Assembly: GCA_043228905.1 (NCBI GenBank)
Contig: JBHGNT010000398.1
Location: forward strand, 1 to 28,396
Direction: 5' to 3'
Length of the DNA stretch: 28,396 nucleotides
Source of the DNA: Azolla caroliniana
Lineage: Eukaryota > Plantae > Polypodiophyta
Each line of letters opens with the position of its first letter. Within the stretch, counting starts at the first letter, position 1. Shown one piece after another: positions 1-10,636 of the stretch. Position numbers and translations under genes: made by a program. The notes under the pieces were generated by a model. The model did no database searches. It was not told the DNA's origin and was given only the letters and a program-made list of their open reading frames with translations.

Positions 1-505
1 ACGAGAATCGTAAATGGCCAATGGGAGAGTAAATTGTAATGTGATAAGGGACCCTTTAGGGTTTCCAACTCATGTAAAAGGGGCCTTTGGGTGCCCTTTT
101 GAGCTACCCTTTGGTTCTCGTTCTCTCCCCTTTGCATCCACTAAGAGCCACTTTCTTCTACGTAACTTTTCCACGTTAATTAATGGAGATATGCATGTTT
201 TTTGCTTAATAATTATCTACTTAATTGAGACATATAGTACTACTAATATAATAATTATCTTCTAAATTAAGACGATCATATTTCTTGATTAATGCAATGA
301 TTGTGTGTTAATTTAACATTAACTTAAGAAGCCTTCAAGGCTTCCACGGTTGCATTGAGTGGAGAGGCAAGCGTTTTTGTTTGTTGATGTATATAGGGGC
401 ATTTGCCATTGGGGAGTGACAACACCCCAATGCCTCAATTTGGGCAACAAAGAGGAAGGTGTCACATGACTCAATCATAACACTTGGAAGTGCAACATTC
501 CAAGG

Positions 506-1087
506 TATGAGTTAGTCACGTAGCCCATTAAGGAAAACACGATTGCCATGATGGTTTTAACTAATTTATTGTGTAAAGTTTTGATGAACAAGAACAAACT
601 CATAAACCCAATGCATATGATATACATTATTTCCATGATGAGAGAGGAAGCCCAACAATTCCCCCACATTATTCAAAGTTTTACATCTTAACAATAATGG
701 GCTCAAGAGATATGATTATCACTATGCCAAAGGTATCACCTTGATAATTACTTAGGACATTTAGTTAGTTACTAGTGTGTTCCAAATCAATACTTCTCAA
801 TTAGAAAATGATTCGTTCCTTGATTCTATTGGTTTTCTGGGAAAATCATTTCACAATATTTGCAATTGACTACACGTTTTATTGATCTTTACAGTCAAAT
901 TTGTAAGTTTATTAAACCAACAGTTCGTTGCAATGACAATTTGGAACAATGTTTTATGATTCTTGAAGAAAATGTATGCCTTGCTCCACCACTATCCTTG
1001 CTCCAATTAAAACCACTTATAATTTCACTCACAAACTCATTTAGGAGTTCTTCTCATTTAACGAGTTATTGATGGACGGCTTACTAC
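506..1087 (+). mobile_element. Highly degenerate Ty3/gypsy pol remnant (RT and RT/RNase H connection)
   Basis: One + frame reads YELVT*PIKEN...IYIISMMREE (cf. YEFxVMPFGLxN...DILIYSxxxEEH). The same frame then reads TTRFIDLYSQI...CNDNLEQCFMILEENVCLAPPLSLLQLKPLII (cf. YRRFIxxFSxI...WxxxCxxAFxxLKxxLxxAPVLxxPxxxKPF). It ends in LMDGLL in another frame. Contains stops; recognised by eye only. Confidence 0.5.
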
Positions 1088-1525
1088 TAACAATCGGCAA
1101 CGGTTCGGTTGAACTGAACCAAACCGCAATACCACAGTTTAACGGTTTCAACGGTTCATTTCGGTTCGGTTTTCAGTTTGGTTTCAACAATAAAAAACTG
1201 CGGTTTAAACAGTTTAAAGGTTTTTAATTTTAAATTTTTAAATTTTTTTAAAAAAATTCTAAAAAATTTTTAAATTGTTTTTAAACAGTCTTTTCATTTT
1301 TACACCTTATTTTCACATTTTCGGAACTATCTTTAAAAAAATTTAAATTCTAAATAATGAAATATTATAAAAATTTTAAAAAATAAAAAATTTGACCTAT
1401 GTTGAAAACCGAAACCAAACCATGAAACCACGGTTTTTACGGTTTAATGGTTTGAAAAATGTTTAACGGTTCGGTTCGGTTCAGGTTTTTTAATTTTAAC
1501 CGAACCGAACCGTTGCATATTGTTA
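1088..1525. mobile_element. Non-autonomous hAT-superfamily element (MITE), 438 bp
   Basis: 23-bp TIRs TAACAATCGGCAACGGTTCGGTT (1088-1110) and AACCGAACCGTTGCATATTGTTA (1503-1525) match at 21/23. Perfect 8-bp TSD CTTACTAC at 1080-1087 and 1526-1533. Many subterminal CGGTT/AACCG motifs surround an AT-rich non-coding core. Confidence 0.9.
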
Positions 1526-1580
1526 CTTACTACTAGAGATTCTAAGTTTATTAGCATTTTCTAGACTTACAAATAATTGG

Positions 1581-1828
1581 AAAACAAAAAACAAAAAACA
1601 AAAACAAAAAAACCAAAATACAAAATACAAAATACAAAAAACAAAAACAAAAAAACCAAAATACAAAATACAAAATACAAAAAACAAAAACAAAAAAACC
1701 AAAATACAAAATACAAAATACAAAAAACAAAAAACAAAATACAAAATACAAAAAATACAAAATACAAAAACCAAAAAACAAAAAAAACAAAAAAAACAAA
1801 AACCAAAACCAAAAACAAAAAACCAAAG
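1581..1828 (+). repeat. A-rich compound satellite (AAAATAC / AAAAAC units with a ~40-bp higher-order repeat)
   Basis: Directly visible. It produces the spurious K/T/Q-rich and F/C/V-rich ORFs in the ORF track. Confidence 0.95.
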
Positions 1829-1939
1829 ACCGAAAAGCAAAAGCAGAAAGCAGAAAGCCAACCATGGAGTTCTGCTACACTGCCCTGCTGCCCGGACGAT
1901 GATGGATTCATCCGACCCTAGATATGGAGGCGGCGAGTT

Positions 1940-4900
1940 ATGGTGCCTCTTCTTTCTCCACAATGTCTTTTCTGTATCCTTCAGAGTTGCAGAAGAGAGA
2001 GAAGAATCCATACAGTGTATTTTGTGGGTGCTTACTTGCTGAGGATTGGCGTCCAAGTAGCACAGCCTCCATGGCTTTCGGAGAACCTTATCATCTCGAT
2101 TTTGGCTGAATGTGGCGACACAAAATGTTCTCTGCAGGTTCCTCCAAACCTTATTTGCCGTGATTTATATCCATGGAATGCTTTAATCTGTGGTTTTATG
2201 AGACATGGAGAGCCTGAGAAAGCCCTTAATATATACATGGTAATGAAGAAAGAACATGATTCTATTCATCTCAGTGGCCATTCTTTCATGCTCTTGCTCA
2301 AGGCTTGCATTAAGGTGAAGAATATAGAAATAGGTCGTGACATACATGATCAGATCACGAGAAACAGCCTGCTTGGAAAAGATGTTTTCCTTGGAAGTAC
2401 CGTGGTTGACATGTACAGTGAAAATGGTGAAATCTTGAAAGCACAAGAAGTATTTGAAAAGCTTTCTATTCGAGATATAGTCACATGGACTGCCATAATC
2501 TCAGCGTGCGTGAATCACGGATATGGTAAAGAGGGACTCAATTACTTTGAAGAGATGCAAAAGGAAGGGATTTCTCCCGATGCTTCCACATTTACTTGCA
2601 CCTTGAAAGCTTGCGGTATAGTGAAGGATACTGACAAAGGTCAAGAATTGTATGACTACATCATTAGAATAGGATTAGAAAAGAATCTTGTTGTTGCTAG
2701 TGCATTGGTTAACATGTTTGTGAAATGTGGCTGGATTGCAAAAGCTCGAGAAGTGTTTGATTCAACTATGGATAGGAACGTGGTCTCCTGGAATGCTTTA
2801 ATAACTGGTTATGTAGACTATGGGCATGACGAGGAAGCATTAAAATGCTTTGAACAATTGCAGAATGAAGGTATTTCTCCTGATACTGTTACATACGTCT
2901 GCTGTCTGAAATCATGCAGTAGCATACAATCTATTCATATGGGGGCAGAAACCTATTCAGAAATAACAAGCAAAGGTTTTGAAAGAGATGTAACCATTGG
3001 AAACACCTTGATCGATATGTATACTAAGTATGGTCTGCTTACAGATGCGCGCCACGTGTTTAATAGTCTCCAGATTCGGACGTTGGTTTCCTGGAATGTA
3101 TTAATTGGAGGATATGTGAATGATGGGAACGAGAAAGAGATACTTGATTCTTTGAAACAAATGGCAAATGAGTGTATCCTTCCAGATAGCATTACATTCA
3201 CTTATTGCTTGAAAGTGTGTGGCATGTCAGGAGCCATTCACAAGGTTAATGAAGTACACAACAGAATTATTCTTAAAGGATTTGAAAGAAATATGAGTGT
3301 TGCAAACAGTTTGATAGATGCATATTCTAAATGTGCTCATCTTGTTGAAGCAAAAGAAACTTTTAACAAAATCTTAGCTAGAGAGGTCATATCTTGGAAT
3401 ACACTAATAGGTGGATATGTTCAACATGGGTATTCTGACGAAGTAGTTGAGTATTTAGAGAAAATGGAATTTGAGACTGCACCAGATGCTGTCACCTTTT
3501 CTTCCGTGTTGAAAGCATGCAGTAATATAGGAGCAATCCGATTCGGTCAGAAAATACACACTGAAATATGCAAAAAGGGTTTTGAATCAGACCATTTTAT
3601 TGGCAGCACCTTGATTGACATGTATGCTAAATGCCTTTTATTTCCTGATTTATTGGCAGTGTTTAATCGGTTACATTATAAAACAACATTCTCATGGAAT
3701 GCACTTCTTGGAGGATATGTCGAACATGAGCTGTATGAACAGGCATATGATCTTTTGCAACAGATGGAACATGATGGTATTTCTCCAGATGCCATGACAT
3801 TGGTTCATTGTTTGAAAGTGTGTAGCAATATAGAAACTGTAAAAAAAGGTCAACAAATACACGAGATTATGGTCTGTAAAGGATTGGATGATATTGACGG
3901 TCTTCTTCACAGCAGTTTGGTTGAAATGTATGTAAAATGTGGGATGTTCTCTGATGCAGAGGAAGTGTTTCATAGGCTTCCCATCCATTCCGCTTTCTCA
4001 TGGGCTGCTCTCATCACTGGCTATATTGAACTTGGACATCAGGAGGATGTATGCAATTGTTTAGAGAGGATGCACCTCGATAATATTCAACCAGACACGA
4101 TCTTATTGGCATGTATATTAAGAGCTTGTTCCTGCATTGGAGATAGAGATAAAGGCTTGGCTGTACATACCCAAATCTTACAGGAAGGGTTTGGAGGAGA
4201 CATGGTTATTGACAGTGCATTGATCAATATGTATGTAAAATTTGGCTTGCTAGCTGAAACAGAGGTAATGCTTGATAAGCTCCAGGTGCGAACTGTGTTT
4301 ACTTGGACAACCTTGATCACAGGATATGTGTGCCACGGCTGTGATGATAGTGCCCTTGCCTCCTTTGATAGAATGCAAGAAGAGTTTATTTCTCCAGATG
4401 ATATTACACTTGCTTGTACTTTAAATGCTTGTGGTAATCTGGGGTCCAAAAATAAAGGTCGTAAGGTATTTTCTCAAATCGCTAGTAAGGGTCTGGAAAG
4501 AGACACTTATATTGGCAACAGCTTGGTTGATATGTATGTGAAATGTGGTTTGCTTGCAGAGGCACAAGAAGTCTTTAATGGGCTTTTAGTCAAGTCTGAA
4601 ATTGCATGGACTACTTTAATCACAGGCTATGCACAGGCTGGTGAAAGTGAAAATGTTTTCATGATCTTTACTAGAATGTTGGAAGCAAATGCCAAGCCAA
4701 CTGGAGTAACATTTATAAGTATTCTGAATGCCTGTAGTCATGGAGGCATTGTGGAGAAAGGTGGATGGTACTTATATGTAATGATTCAATATTTTGAGTG
4801 CATTCCAACTCTTGAGCACTATAGTTGTATTGCCGATATCCTTGGTCGTGCCGGACACTTAGAAAAGGCAGTTTCTGTGATTGAGTGCATGCCATTTCAT

Positions 4901-5080
4901 CCTGTTAGTGTTGTGTGGTTGACTCTTTTGGGTGCTTGTCGGAAATGGGGCAATGTGGAGCTTGGGGAGAAGGCCTTTAGCCATACACAACAGTTAGATG
5001 AGAAGGATGTTGCAGCTCACATTTGTATGTTGAACATTTACATGAATGGAAATATTGGGAAAAATAATAAGGTATATTGA
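1940..5080 (+). CDS. PLS-class pentatricopeptide repeat protein with E1 and partial E2 (PPR-E), organellar RNA-editing factor type, 1046 aa, intronless
   Basis: Nine consecutive P-L-S triplets (e.g. VVSWNALITGY / VTYVCCLKSC / IGNTLIDMYTKYG), preceded by a degenerate L+S pair. The last triplet is P2-L2-S2 (FISILNACSHGG, HYSCIADILGRAGHL), followed by E1 (VWLTLLGACRKWGNVELG) and a clipped E2 (AAHICMLNIY). The true start codon is uncertain. Confidence 0.95.
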   Translation: MVPLLSPQCLFCILQSCRRERRIHTVYFVGAYLLRIGVQVAQPPWLSENLIISILAECGDTKCSLQVPPNLICRDLYPWNALICGFMRHGEPEKALNIYMVMKKEHDSIHLSGHSFMLLLKACIKVKNIEIGRDIHDQITRNSLLGKDVFLGSTVVDMYSENGEILKAQEVFEKLSIRDIVTWTAIISACVNHGYGKEGLNYFEEMQKEGISPDASTFTCTLKACGIVKDTDKGQELYDYIIRIGLEKNLVVASALVNMFVKCGWIAKAREVFDSTMDRNVVSWNALITGYVDYGHDEEALKCFEQLQNEGISPDTVTYVCCLKSCSSIQSIHMGAETYSEITSKGFERDVTIGNTLIDMYTKYGLLTDARHVFNSLQIRTLVSWNVLIGGYVNDGNEKEILDSLKQMANECILPDSITFTYCLKVCGMSGAIHKVNEVHNRIILKGFERNMSVANSLIDAYSKCAHLVEAKETFNKILAREVISWNTLIGGYVQHGYSDEVVEYLEKMEFETAPDAVTFSSVLKACSNIGAIRFGQKIHTEICKKGFESDHFIGSTLIDMYAKCLLFPDLLAVFNRLHYKTTFSWNALLGGYVEHELYEQAYDLLQQMEHDGISPDAMTLVHCLKVCSNIETVKKGQQIHEIMVCKGLDDIDGLLHSSLVEMYVKCGMFSDAEEVFHRLPIHSAFSWAALITGYIELGHQEDVCNCLERMHLDNIQPDTILLACILRACSCIGDRDKGLAVHTQILQEGFGGDMVIDSALINMYVKFGLLAETEVMLDKLQVRTVFTWTTLITGYVCHGCDDSALASFDRMQEEFISPDDITLACTLNACGNLGSKNKGRKVFSQIASKGLERDTYIGNSLVDMYVKCGLLAEAQEVFNGLLVKSEIAWTTLITGYAQAGESENVFMIFTRMLEANAKPTGVTFISILNACSHGGIVEKGGWYLYVMIQYFECIPTLEHYSCIADILGRAGHLEKAVSVIECMPFHPVSVVWLTLLGACRKWGNVELGEKAFSHTQQLDEKDVAAHICMLNIYMNGNIGKNNKVY

Positions 5081-5630
5081 ATATTCAGCAGAGTGTTTTG
5101 AGTGTTTTAGTTTGTGGATGCACTTGTTCCATGAGCTGTAGTCTGGTAGAAAAACAATTTATAGCCAAGCTCTACGCGCATATTCGGTTTCAGATTGGAC
5201 TTGTATGGGGTTTAGATGATGTCTCACTTCCTTGTCAAGAACCTCCTAGTTATACTAACGTGGGAATAGCCTTGTCACTCTCTACGAAGACGTACAAAAA
5301 TGGTTAGCTCTTATAGTTTGAGCTTTAATCTTGTTCTTATCAGTTTTTCATCCGGAAGTCACTTCGATCATAATCTTGACCCAATGTAAAAGTTAGCCAA
5401 AAACCCTTCTCACATGCCATAGCATGGCAACCACCACCATAATACGACCACGACAACAACATAAGAACTTTGCATATGTCGGTCCAAGGAAGAATAGAAC
5501 CCAACCAATCACCTTATTGCCAACATCCAACTAGGCTTCAACTTTGCCAACCGATTTGTCCACATCACCACAAAGAGTGTTCAATTGATGATAACGAAAT
5601 TTTGAAAAGAGTCGTTTGCTCATACAGACA

Positions 5631-5692
5631 ACTGGTTCGGTTTGAACTAGGCCAAATTGGTTAAGCCGAAACCGAACTGTTGCTGATTCCTA
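5631..5692. mobile_element. Orphan right end (TIR plus subterminal motifs) of the same hAT family as the 1088-1525 MITE
   Basis: 5670-5692 AACCGAACTGTTGCTGATTCCTA has reverse complement TAGGAATCAGCAACAGTTCGGTT, which is 19/23 identical to the TIR at 1088-1110. It is preceded by GGTTCGGTT and CCGAAACCG subterminal motifs. Confidence 0.7.
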
Positions 5693-6430
5693 CTCCACAA
5701 TCATTGGTTTCCAAAAATTGTTTTATTGGGCCTTGTTTGCAACAATGTTGCTATGCCACAACTGTGGTGTGTGTTGTCCCTTTGCAAGCAATGACAATGA
5801 CACTAATTTGGGGACTTGCCTTCAACAATGGGAATCATCATTGTAGTGGTTGAAGTTGTTGGCATTGTGACATTTTAAAGGATTCAGATACACTTGCAAC
5901 TAGTGTTGCTCTTGATGATTAGTTATACCTCACTAATGACAGTTAACATCATCCTCATCCTCTTGATGATGTACAAACAATAGGTCCAACAAATGTTTTG
6001 TTTTGGGTTCATTCATGGCAAATTTGTTGTCCCGTGAGCATGCTATATGTTGATTATTCAGCAAGGGGCATGTAAAAATTTGGTAGATAAGACACTATTA
6101 TAAGTAGAACAATACCCAAGGAGGAGTGTTATGTAAGGATCCAAGACTTGGTTGCACAACATTGTTTAGAGGACAATCATTTACTACTTGAGGGGCAAGC
6201 AATGATTGCACATTCCCTTGGCGGTGAGGGCCCTTCTATACATGATAAGTAACAAGCTTAAGGTAAAGATAATTTGAGTGCATCATTATTATACTATGGG
6301 CAAGTCCTTTGACTCTTCACTTAGTTTAAGTATTCAATGACTATTAATTGTCTGTCTACACTAACATTAAACAATCTTGTGTAGCTCTAAGTAACTTGAT
6401 ATCACAATATTGTCAAGGTGGCCTATGGAG
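5693..6430 (+). mobile_element. Highly degenerate Ty3/gypsy integrase remnant
   Basis: + strand STIIGFQKLFYWALF...CHNCGVC resembles the integrase zinc-binding region (TxxxLxxxFYWP...CxxCQ). Later KFVVP (cf. RFGVP) and a W...FN segment follow. Many stops and frameshifts; the right boundary is approximate. Confidence 0.4.
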
Positions 6431-8194
6431 CTAGGTAACACTTATGCCTCAGAAAAACCAATATATGCTCCACATCCACTCGAAGGAATTTGCCTTTTTA
6501 ATTACTTATTGTTGACCATTGTTGTCACTACCATTACCATCAACATCCCTTACCACTAGTGAGATAATATAATTTCTTAAGGATGCACATTTGGGGTGCT
6601 TTGAGATTTTCAAGACCATTGAAAAATGACAAATTTGTTATAATGTAGGTCTTAATTTGTTCATGCTCATGTACGAGTATCAAAACCATGTACCCATTGT
6701 TCATTTCTTTAATAAATGATGCCCATGTGAATTTTGAAGTAAGCAAAATGATCTAAACAACGTAGTGGACACGTGATGGGCCCATAGCTAAGAGTGCTAG
6801 TATCCACAAATTACACACCGGAACATTCCATATCAACCTTTGCAAGTTTGGGAAACGTTTTAGCCTTTGTGTAAGTCATCGTGTTTCGTGGAGAACACAT
6901 GGCCGACTTGCTCTATGATGGAGACATTTCTCGAAAAAAGGGCCATTTTACGACATCAATATTTATTATAGATGACTTAGATCGGTTATTTATCTAGGGT
7001 TTGATGTCCCATCATTACGGTGGATCATATCATTACACTAGCTAATATGTCAATTAAACAATGCAAGTAGCAACACCACAAATTTATACACTAAAACACA
7101 ATGTGAACGCACCTACAATTTTATCACGATAAATATCCTCCATGCCCGCAATCCTACTAATAAAATTCTTAAATATTGTGGTGTCCCTTTGGTTTTATGT
7201 GCATTTCACAATATTAACGTATAAGTTAGATGGTGTGATGGTAACGCTTATACTTGTAGTGCTTTTGTTAAATGTTCATGTATTCAAAAATGGGTTTAAT
7301 GTCGTGTCTATGATAAATAAACTTTTTAGATCATTTGCACGAGCAATTTGCTCCTAAAAATATGACTTTAAAAACCACTTTCTAGAATGCAAGTGTTGAT
7401 TGAAATCAATGTCATGGAGGCAACTACAAAAGCATGATCAACACTATTATGAAAGCATGGGCATCATGCTATAAACACACGCATGGTTGGAACATAGTGC
7501 ATCCCATCTACTTTTCTGATGATCTTACAATTAATGTTTCTCTCATACATATTTAATATAGATTTGATGTTATATATAGCCTTCATAGCTTTAAACATTG
7601 TAAATTTATAAAAAACAATCTCTTGAATAAGACTTTTATCTTCATTAATTTCTCTCCTACAAAATGCGAAGTTAGAGGACCGGTTGTATACATTTTAGAT
7701 TTAAGGTGCATACATAACATACCACTTGTCACATGTTTATAAATATATTCATTAATATAAGATATAAAATGATATTTGATACCAAAAATTTCTATATATT
7801 GCAAAGTATAATCAATTAATTAAAATGAGAGACCTTTAGTTCATTTCAAATTTTTATTATTGATTCTTTCCAAACATATGTAGCTAAATTGACTTTCACT
7901 CCTAGCTTTCATCAAAATTTGAAAAAGCTAATTTTTATGTAGAACTTTTGTAAAGACAAATTGGTCTTCAATTTTGATATATTATAGATCTATGAGCCTT
8001 CAATTGCCTTTACATGTACATACATAATGATAGTGGACCTCCACATATTCATTTGTGGTTTTGTCCCAATGTAATAGATATTTTATTGTCATAGAACAAT
8101 TGAACATGTACTTGTAAAGTAACTCTAAGGCCTTTTCACACAAACATCTACTTCCACATGGCTTCATAGTTTATGCACTAGCTTTAGTTATATC

Positions 8195-8385
8195 TAAAGA
8201 AAATGTCGGCCACTTCTTCGACATCCATGGCACAAATGCATTGCCTAATGAACACAATGTCCACTTGTGCTCCCTAAATATCAACTTTATACTTCTCGAT
8301 GGAATAACTATACTAAAGTTCTCTAAAATTGCTACTTGAACTGATGTATTTGCTCGTTCTTGACATCGAGGAAAACTTTATTCAA
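8195..8385 (-). mobile_element. Possible Ty1/copia RNase H C-terminal remnant
   Basis: Minus-strand fragments RTSKYI...NFRE and VADIF resemble RTKHI...HFIRE...ADIFTK. Frameshifted and very decayed. Confidence 0.3.
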
Positions 8386-8859
8386 TTCTCAAATAGATAA
8401 GCAATTTTGAAGTTTTTTTCATAAACACATTTATTTATTTTTCAAAATCACATTTTCAATTGCTCCTCTTTTCAAACCATATGATCGTGTTGGCATTGGA
8501 AACATAATAGCAAGCATCAAGTAACAAATGCTTGGTGTCCCATGTAGGTGGGAAGTTGGAACCCCCCCCCCCCCAAATGAGTTTATAATGATGAAATTGG
8601 GCCATTGACATCAACACTTAACCCACCACTTTGAAGGCCTAGACATCATCTTCTTTTATAGGAAGATATGTGTATGTATATTTATCTTACCACCTTGAGG
8701 GGCTTCTTTCTTTAGAGAGAATAACTCAACCCTTGTGCGAATGATCCTTACTTGCATATACCAAAAATAATGTCTACCTATGATAAATTGCTATATGTGT
8801 AATGCATAATACATGGAATATAGGGTATTATGAATTTAGTCATAGGTTAGCAGTTCTAC

Positions 8860-9410
8860 TACTTTTTCTAAGATAACGGGGAAAAAATTAACCTTAGGAG
8901 ATTCCACATTGATATTGTGGTAGAATGATGTTAACATCCCCCACAATAAGATCCAAACAAGAGATTGTTGAGTGATCGTATTTTGATCTAGATTTGCATA
9001 TGTAAACATTGGTGATGACTCAAGGCACATATTCAATTGTACATGTGAAATCGTTAATGCAAATTCCCTCGAGAGGGATACTATGATGTTGGAACAAATT
9101 GCTTCCAAAACAGAGGTTGATTTCCCATTAGTTAGGAGAGTTTTTTTTTACAGAAATATACAACGGTTGCACATCTTACGACAAATGTATTGGTCATGTT
9201 GTTTGTGAAAGAGACTACCTATACTCACCTTATATCTATAGGGAGGTGTTTGGGGGGAGGGGTGTGATGTGGGTATATGTTGTGAAATGCAAGTTATTAC
9301 TTTCATTAAACTCTTGTTGTATTTCAATACAAAAGTAACCTTTTACCGGAGGCGAAAAAATGTTTTTCAAAAAAGCTAAAGAACTTATGCACTCTTCATT
9401 AAACGATTTA
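8860..9410 (+). mobile_element. Possible Ty1/copia integrase remnant
   Basis: Scattered + strand motifs in the expected order: DNGEK (cf. SDNGGEF), NG (cf. QNGVAER) and EVFG...YV (cf. LRVFGC.AYV). No continuous ORF. Confidence 0.25.
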
Positions 9411-9693
9411 GCAATTGGTAAAGTTTGGCTTGAAGGCAAATTGGGGAGTTATGATTGATCAAGGATGTATATGTCAAAGTGATTAAGTTGTCCCATGCTT
9501 GTAATGTCAATCTGCATCAGACTTAATGGTTAAAAATGTCTATTTACAAAATAATTGTGGTCAAATATATATTGTAACCCAATACCATATCATGTGCATT
9601 TTTATCATCTTGATAATTCTTATTTTTCGTCTTATCATATCAATAGTTATTCTATCATGATGATAATAAAAAAACAGATATTTTTATCAAAGG

Positions 9694-9698
<5 letters not shown>

Positions 9699-9738
<40 letters not shown>
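9699..9738. repeat. (GA)20 microsatellite
   Basis: Directly visible. Confidence 0.98.
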
Positions 9739-9740
<2 letters not shown>

Positions 9741-10613
9741 CCTTAAGGGTGTCAACCATGAAGTTATGTGTAACCAACCCGAAACGTACAATCTTTGCAT
9801 TAGTGGGGACTATTCAAAATATATATCTAAACACATAACTTGTATTAACAAGGGCATGGAGTCACCTTTCTAATATGACATACATGATACTCATTTTCAT
9901 TTACCACGCCACATATTGGGTGCAATCAAGTACCCCACATTGAAAATCAAGATTGTAGTCTTGATACAAGCACGAAGGAGCCCATCAAAGCCTCATTAGA
10001 TTGTCAAGGGCTCCAGAGTCCATAAGGAGGATCAAGATCACAATCTTGCATGCTTTAGTGGAGATGCTCAAGCATCATCAAAGCCTCACAAGACCAACAA
10101 TTGGCACATAATATAGTGCGAGCTTAACAATTGTTTACATTTTTGGGTTATGCTAACACTTGCTTGCAGTACAATTCTAATTTCAATTGTTTAGTTGTTT
10201 CTGCCCCAACATTTAAGCTTATCTAGAAATGGGTCAATATTTGGAAACATATCCATTTGTAGATTGGAGCTTCAGGACAAGGAATTCAAGGAAGAGTTCT
10301 CTATGTTGATGTTGGCCCATTCTTTTTGTAGACATGGATTTCATGGTGAAAAGGTTTCAACAAAGATAATACAAAAAAATGCAAATGTTATAGAAAGTGA
10401 TATCAAAGGTAATAATAATTAACGTGTCTCTTTCTTCATAGATAATAATGGTGCCATTCTCATGAGTAAAGTTGGTGAGTTTGATAGTGATTGCATAGGA
10501 AAAATGTATACTCAAGAGAGAGAAACAAACAAAAATAAATAGGGGATGAACATTCGGATTAGACATTAACTTATCTAGTAGACTTTTGGGAGAGTGTCGA
10601 CATGTGAGAAACA

Positions 10614-10636
10614 TGTGTGTGTGTGTGTGTGTGTGT
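10614..10636. repeat. (TG)n microsatellite
   Basis: Directly visible. Confidence 0.95.

Noticed and set aside
407-432. GGGGAGTGACAACA as an LTR end pairing with TGTTGTCACT at ~6520; small hairpin CATTGGGG...CCCCAATG
   Set aside because: No PBS or PPT is visible, and there is no extended similarity between 1-424 and the DNA after 6520.
750-875. Minus-strand VNCKYCEMIF...TNRIKE...KCPK resembling a hAT BED zinc finger
   Set aside because: It needs frameshifts, and the + strand gives a longer, correctly ordered set of gypsy RT/RNase H-like motifs across the same DNA. Not excluded without an HMM search.
1956-1964. CTCCACAAT identical to the 9 bp outside the orphan TIR (5693-5701), as a possible TSD
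   Set aside because: It lies inside the PPR ORF, is not followed by a TIR, and the same word also occurs at ~22400, so it is likely chance.
1523-2056. Overlapping K/T/Q-rich and F/C/V-rich ORFs (1523-2056, 1551-1865, 1567-1911, 1577-1921)
   Set aside because: These are translations of the A-rich satellite, which lacks stop codons. They have no protein-like complexity.
2032-4895. Short ORFs antisense or out of frame within the PPR gene
   Set aside because: These are shadow ORFs of the long PPR coding sequence.
5077-5307. 76-aa ORF overlapping the PPR stop, as a frameshifted E+/DYW domain
   Set aside because: No PG box, HSE(K/R)LA or CxDCH motif is present.
10195-10422. ORF faintly like a gypsy aspartic protease C-terminal half
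   Set aside because: No D(S/T)G catalytic motif is present and the similarity is too weak to call.
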